This document shows, one piece after another, positions 60,697 through 64,000 of a DNA stretch of 64,000 bases (position 1 is the stretch's first letter; the number at the start of each line of letters is the position of its first letter). The notes under the pieces are model-generated. The model was not told the origin of the DNA and did no database searches. It was given only the letters and a program-made list of their open reading frames with translations. The DNA comes from an uncultured Methanomassiliicoccales archaeon (GTDB taxonomy: Archaea; Thermoplasmatota; Thermoplasmata; Methanomassiliicoccales; UBA472). The stretch is taken from the NCBI GenBank assembly GCA_963695345.1, contig OY968769.1:2400001-2464000 (forward strand), in the 5' to 3' direction. The translations under genes were made by a program, and so were the position numbers.

Positions 60697-62587
60697 ATGA
60701 ATGTGAAAAGCATCATCGCATGTTTCATGGTTATTTCCTTCATGTTAATGAGCGCAGTTCCGGTCAACGCGGCATCGTCCCAAGCGACCGCGGCAGTACT
60801 GATCGATTTCGGCGATGGCACCGCCTATTGGGCGGACGTGCCGGTCGGATCGGATATGAACGCGTTCAATCTGACCACTGAGGCTACCACAGCATTGAGC
60901 CTCCCGATCGACTATACGGTCTTCTCCTGGGGAGTATCGGTCAACTCGATAGGTGGGTATACTGGGGGCTGGCCTAACGAATGGTGGCATTTCTGGACCT
61001 GGAACACGACCACCAGCTCCTGGAGCATGTCCATGCTCGGTGCCTCCAGCGTCAATGCATCAAGCTACACCGCATACGCCTGGAGCTATGTCCAGGACAG
61101 GCCGGACTATTCCGCTCCCCTGCCCCAGTCCGACCCGGTGAACCGTTACAGCTGGGGACAGAGCAGGCACGATAACCTCAACACCGGTTACAGCAACATC
61201 ACCACCAGCATTTCCAATGACACGGTCTTCACGACCAACCTGAACAACGGCAAGATCGACCCGACCATGGTGGTCAGCGGATCGCGCATCTTCGTCGTCA
61301 CCGAGGGGATCTATAATTACACCACCTACTCGTACGACAAATCCCCCAAGGTATTCTGCCTCAATCTCGCTGGATCGATCGTCTGGTCCGCCAACATCTC
61401 CGGTGGCGGCTGGCAGCTGGCATCGGCCGTGGTCGCAGGAGACCAGCTCATCGTCCCGTCCACCGACTGTAACGTGTACTCGTTCAGCGTTACGAACGGT
61501 TCCTTGCTCTGGACCTATGCACTGCCCTTCTCATGGACCGGGATCACTTCCTCGCCCATAGTCTATCGCGACCAGATCATAATTGCCAGCGGTGACGGAA
61601 ACGTAACTGCGCTGGCCTTGAACGGCACCAAGCTCTGGAACACCAAGATAGCGTCTTCGATCTACTTCTCTGCCCCGTCCGTGAAGGATGGAGTGATCTA
61701 TGTCGGTTCCGAGGACAGCAAACTGCACGCAGTGAGTGCCAACGGTTCCGGGGAGGCATGGAACGTAACCGTGCCCGGTAAGGTCCGCAGCTCGCCTCTG
61801 CTGCTCGGAGACAAGATCGTGATCACATACGCTGTCTACAGCGGAATGGTGGCCATTGATGGAGGGGTCGCAGCATACAACTATACCGGTGTGCAAAAGT
61901 GGAACGTGAACATTAATTCCACCTCCTCTTCGGTGGCATGGACGCCTAAGGGCATCATCGCCACAAGTGTGACCGGTGCGACCATGATATCCGAGGAGGG
62001 AGCCGTGCTCTGGAGCAAGGACCTCGGCGTGGTCAAGAGCTCGCCCGGCGTGAGCCGGTCCGGAATATACCTGGTCAGCTACGGGACCCCGGCTACCCTG
62101 ACCATGCTGGACTTCAACGGCACAATGCTGTTCAACAAGACCCTTTCACCATCTGACTATTCGATGGTTTCACCGACGATCGCGAATGGAAGGGTCTATG
62201 TGGCCGCAGACAACGGTTACGTCTACTGTCTGGAGAACCTGCCGCCCGTGCTGACCCTGTCCAGCGCCGTTGTCGATCAGCATGAAGGTGACGTTCACCG
62301 CCCAAGCCATAGATGCGGAGGCGGTCACGGTGACCTGGGACTTCGGCGATGGCAACACCAGCACAGGCTTGGTGGTCAACCACACCTACGCAAAGGCCGG
62401 CAACTACAGTGTCGCCTTCTGGGCAACGGACGCACAGGGAGGAAATGCCCATGAGGTGTTCACGGTGAACGTGGCAGCGATCGCTGCCGAGACCGACAAC
62501 ACCTTGCTGTACGGCGTAGTGGCCATAGTGGCCATCGTCCTCGTGGCGGGTATCGTGGTCTTCTTCATGAGGGGCAAGAAGAAGTAG
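60697..62587 (+). CDS. Surface protein: signal peptide, DUF4430-like domain, PQQ-like beta-propeller, PKD domain, TM anchor; apparent frameshift near 62270
   Basis: LIDFGDG, VNSIGG..WWHFW...W, SSP/W propeller repeats, WDFGDG...HTY...GNY, C-terminal TM + KKK. Confidence 0.85.
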
Positions 62588-62595
62588 GTGGTCAA

Positions 62596-63102
62596 ATGAA
62601 AAAAACAACACTGGTGGTCATTGCCGTCGTCGTGCTGGCAGCGGTGGTGCTGGTGAGCGGCATGGGGCTTTTCCCCGGCAGCTCCAGCAACGGCGCCAAG
62701 AACAAGACCGCGACCATGACCATCAGCTTTTCCGATGCCTCGACCAGTCACTTCCGGGGCAACGTCACCACCTGGTCCAACGCGTCCGGGAGCTGGACCT
62801 ACGAGACCCATGCCAGCGGCGACGGGACCACCCGGTTCGTGTTCGAGAACATGAGCTTCGGTTCGAACGTGATGGACCTGATGATGGAGTGTTCCAAGGT
62901 CGGCGATTTCACGGTGGTTCGGCAGGCCTACGTCGGGATGGGGACGATAATCCAGAGCTTGGACGGCGTCGCCAATGAGAATCCGGGAAGGGGCTGGCAG
63001 TACTACGTGAACGGGACCTATGCCCTGATCGCGTGCGACAAGACATTGCTCAACGGCGGAGAGGTCATCGACTGGAAGTTCGTCACGCTACAAGGAAGCT
63101 AG
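62596..63102 (+). CDS. DUF4430 (transcobalamin C-terminal-like) membrane-anchored protein
   Basis: IQSLDGVAN...GWQYYVNG...L..GEVIDW. Confidence 0.85.
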   Translation: MKKTTLVVIAVVVLAAVVLVSGMGLFPGSSSNGAKNKTATMTISFSDASTSHFRGNVTTWSNASGSWTYETHASGDGTTRFVFENMSFGSNVMDLMMECSKVGDFTVVRQAYVGMGTIIQSLDGVANENPGRGWQYYVNGTYALIACDKTLLNGGEVIDWKFVTLQGS

Positions 63103-63104
63103 AA

Positions 63105-64000
63105 ATGATATTCCCGTATAAGGACACTAACTCAAGGATCCATAAGTTGGATGCCCGGCCCAAGATCGTGTTCGTACTGGCAATGTTCGTGATGTCCGTG
63201 CTTCTTTCGGACATCGTCTACCTGGTGATCCTGTTCCTTTTCATCCTGGTGGTGGCGCTCGCCGGCAGGGTGCTCCGCTCCACATTGTCCCTTCTCAAGT
63301 ACACATCGTTCATGATCCCGTTCATATTCCTTTTCAACGTGCTGTTGTCCCAGGGCTATGACGTGATATTCAGCTACGGGATAATCAGGATCACGTCGGA
63401 ATCGATATGGTTCGCAACCAGCATGTGCTTCCGGCTGTTCGTGGCGGTAGGCTCCTTCTCGCTGCTCGCCTTCATCGTGCATCCGGACGAAGCACTCCGG
63501 GCCATGTCAAGGTTCGGCCACAAGACCACAACGTCGTTCTCCCTGGCCACCAGGATGTACCCCACCATAGCGACCGATTCGAAGAACATCATGGACGCCA
63601 TGCGGGTAAGGGGGGTGGAGTTCGATGAGGGGGGAGCGCTCAAGAAGGCCCAGGCCCGCTCACCGGTGGTAATGCCCCTGTTGATGAACTCTCTCGAGCG
63701 GTCGGTAGGGATATCAGAGGCCATGGAGGCGCGCGGATTCGGGTCCGGCAAGAGGACGGCCTACATCATCGCCATGATCACGCCCCGGGAGATCGCCATG
63801 GTGGTCTCGTTCTTCGCGGCGATGGTGTTCGCCGTCGCCATGTTCATACTGGGATATGGACAGGTCGATTACCTGGCCGGTGAGATGACCAGGCCGACCC
63901 TGACCGACTTCGAGATCGTCGGCGTCATATTGCTGTTGCTGGTACGCCAATATTCCTGGGGGGAAAGAAATGATAGAGGTGGATCGGCTCTCTTTCCAGT
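63105..64000 (+). CDS. ecfT: ECF transporter transmembrane T component (no stop before window end)
   Basis: IHKLDARPK, HPDE, A.R.RG, SEAMEARGF motifs; hand translated from ATG 63105. Confidence 0.9.
   Translation, partial: MIFPYKDTNSRIHKLDARPKIVFVLAMFVMSVLLSDIVYLVILFLFILVVALAGRVLRSTLSLLKYTSFMIPFIFLFNVLLSQGYDVIFSYGIIRITSESIWFATSMCFRLFVAVGSFSLLAFIVHPDEALRAMSRFGHKTTTSFSLATRMYPTIATDSKNIMDAMRVRGVEFDEGGALKKAQARSPVVMPLLMNSLERSVGISEAMEARGFGSGKRTAYIIAMITPREIAMVVSFFAAMVFAVAMFILGYGQVDYLAGEMTRPTLTDFEIVGVILLLLVRQYSWGERNDRGGSALFP
63970..64000 (+). CDS. Start of probable ECF ATPase (partial)
   Basis: MIEVDRLSFQ resembles an EcfA N-terminus; follows ecfT. Confidence 0.55.
   Translation, partial: MIEVDRLSFQ

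Noticed and set aside
1-64000. CRISPR array, cas genes, rRNA or intact IS elements
   Set aside because: No regularly spaced short repeats, rRNA-like sequence or transposase motifs were seen

Overview
This is a 64 kb chromosomal segment of a GC-rich archaeon. Gene content points to Thermoplasmata, probably Methanomassiliicoccales, but this is inference: no methanogenesis marker lies in the window. The housekeeping backbone includes class II RNR, RNase P RNA, tRNA-Leu(GAG), intron-containing tRNA-Arg(CCG), deoxyhypusine synthase, tmk, H+-PPase, the rpoE'-spt4-S24e-S27ae operon, AcnX (mevalonate pathway), IleRS, FEN1, Rpe, RNase Z, SAM synthetase and a putative corrinoid ECF uptake operon. Accessory blocks: (i) an AT-richer stress-protein islet between rnpB and tRNA-Leu; (ii) a large LRR/FN3 adhesin next to a 5'-truncated heliorhodopsin; (iii) a decayed island at tRNA-Arg with two integrase relics, a full heliorhodopsin, an FAD oxidoreductase and a degenerate PlsY-like gene convergent with a PEP-dikinase-like phosphotransferase; (iv) a 1.1 kb collapsed element bounded by a perfect 25-bp att repeat. 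The most interesting leads are the PlsY-like/dikinase module, IleRS fused to HhH, Zn-ribbon and DUF835 domains (with other KaiC/DUF835 genes nearby), a densely structured ~190-nt leader upstream of the corrinoid uptake operon, a tandem AEP primase paralog, a pentameric ligand-gated channel homolog and an AcnX-small/Nudix fusion. Several essential genes carry single-base frameshifts, most likely sequencing errors. All family calls come from motif recognition by eye; no searches were run.
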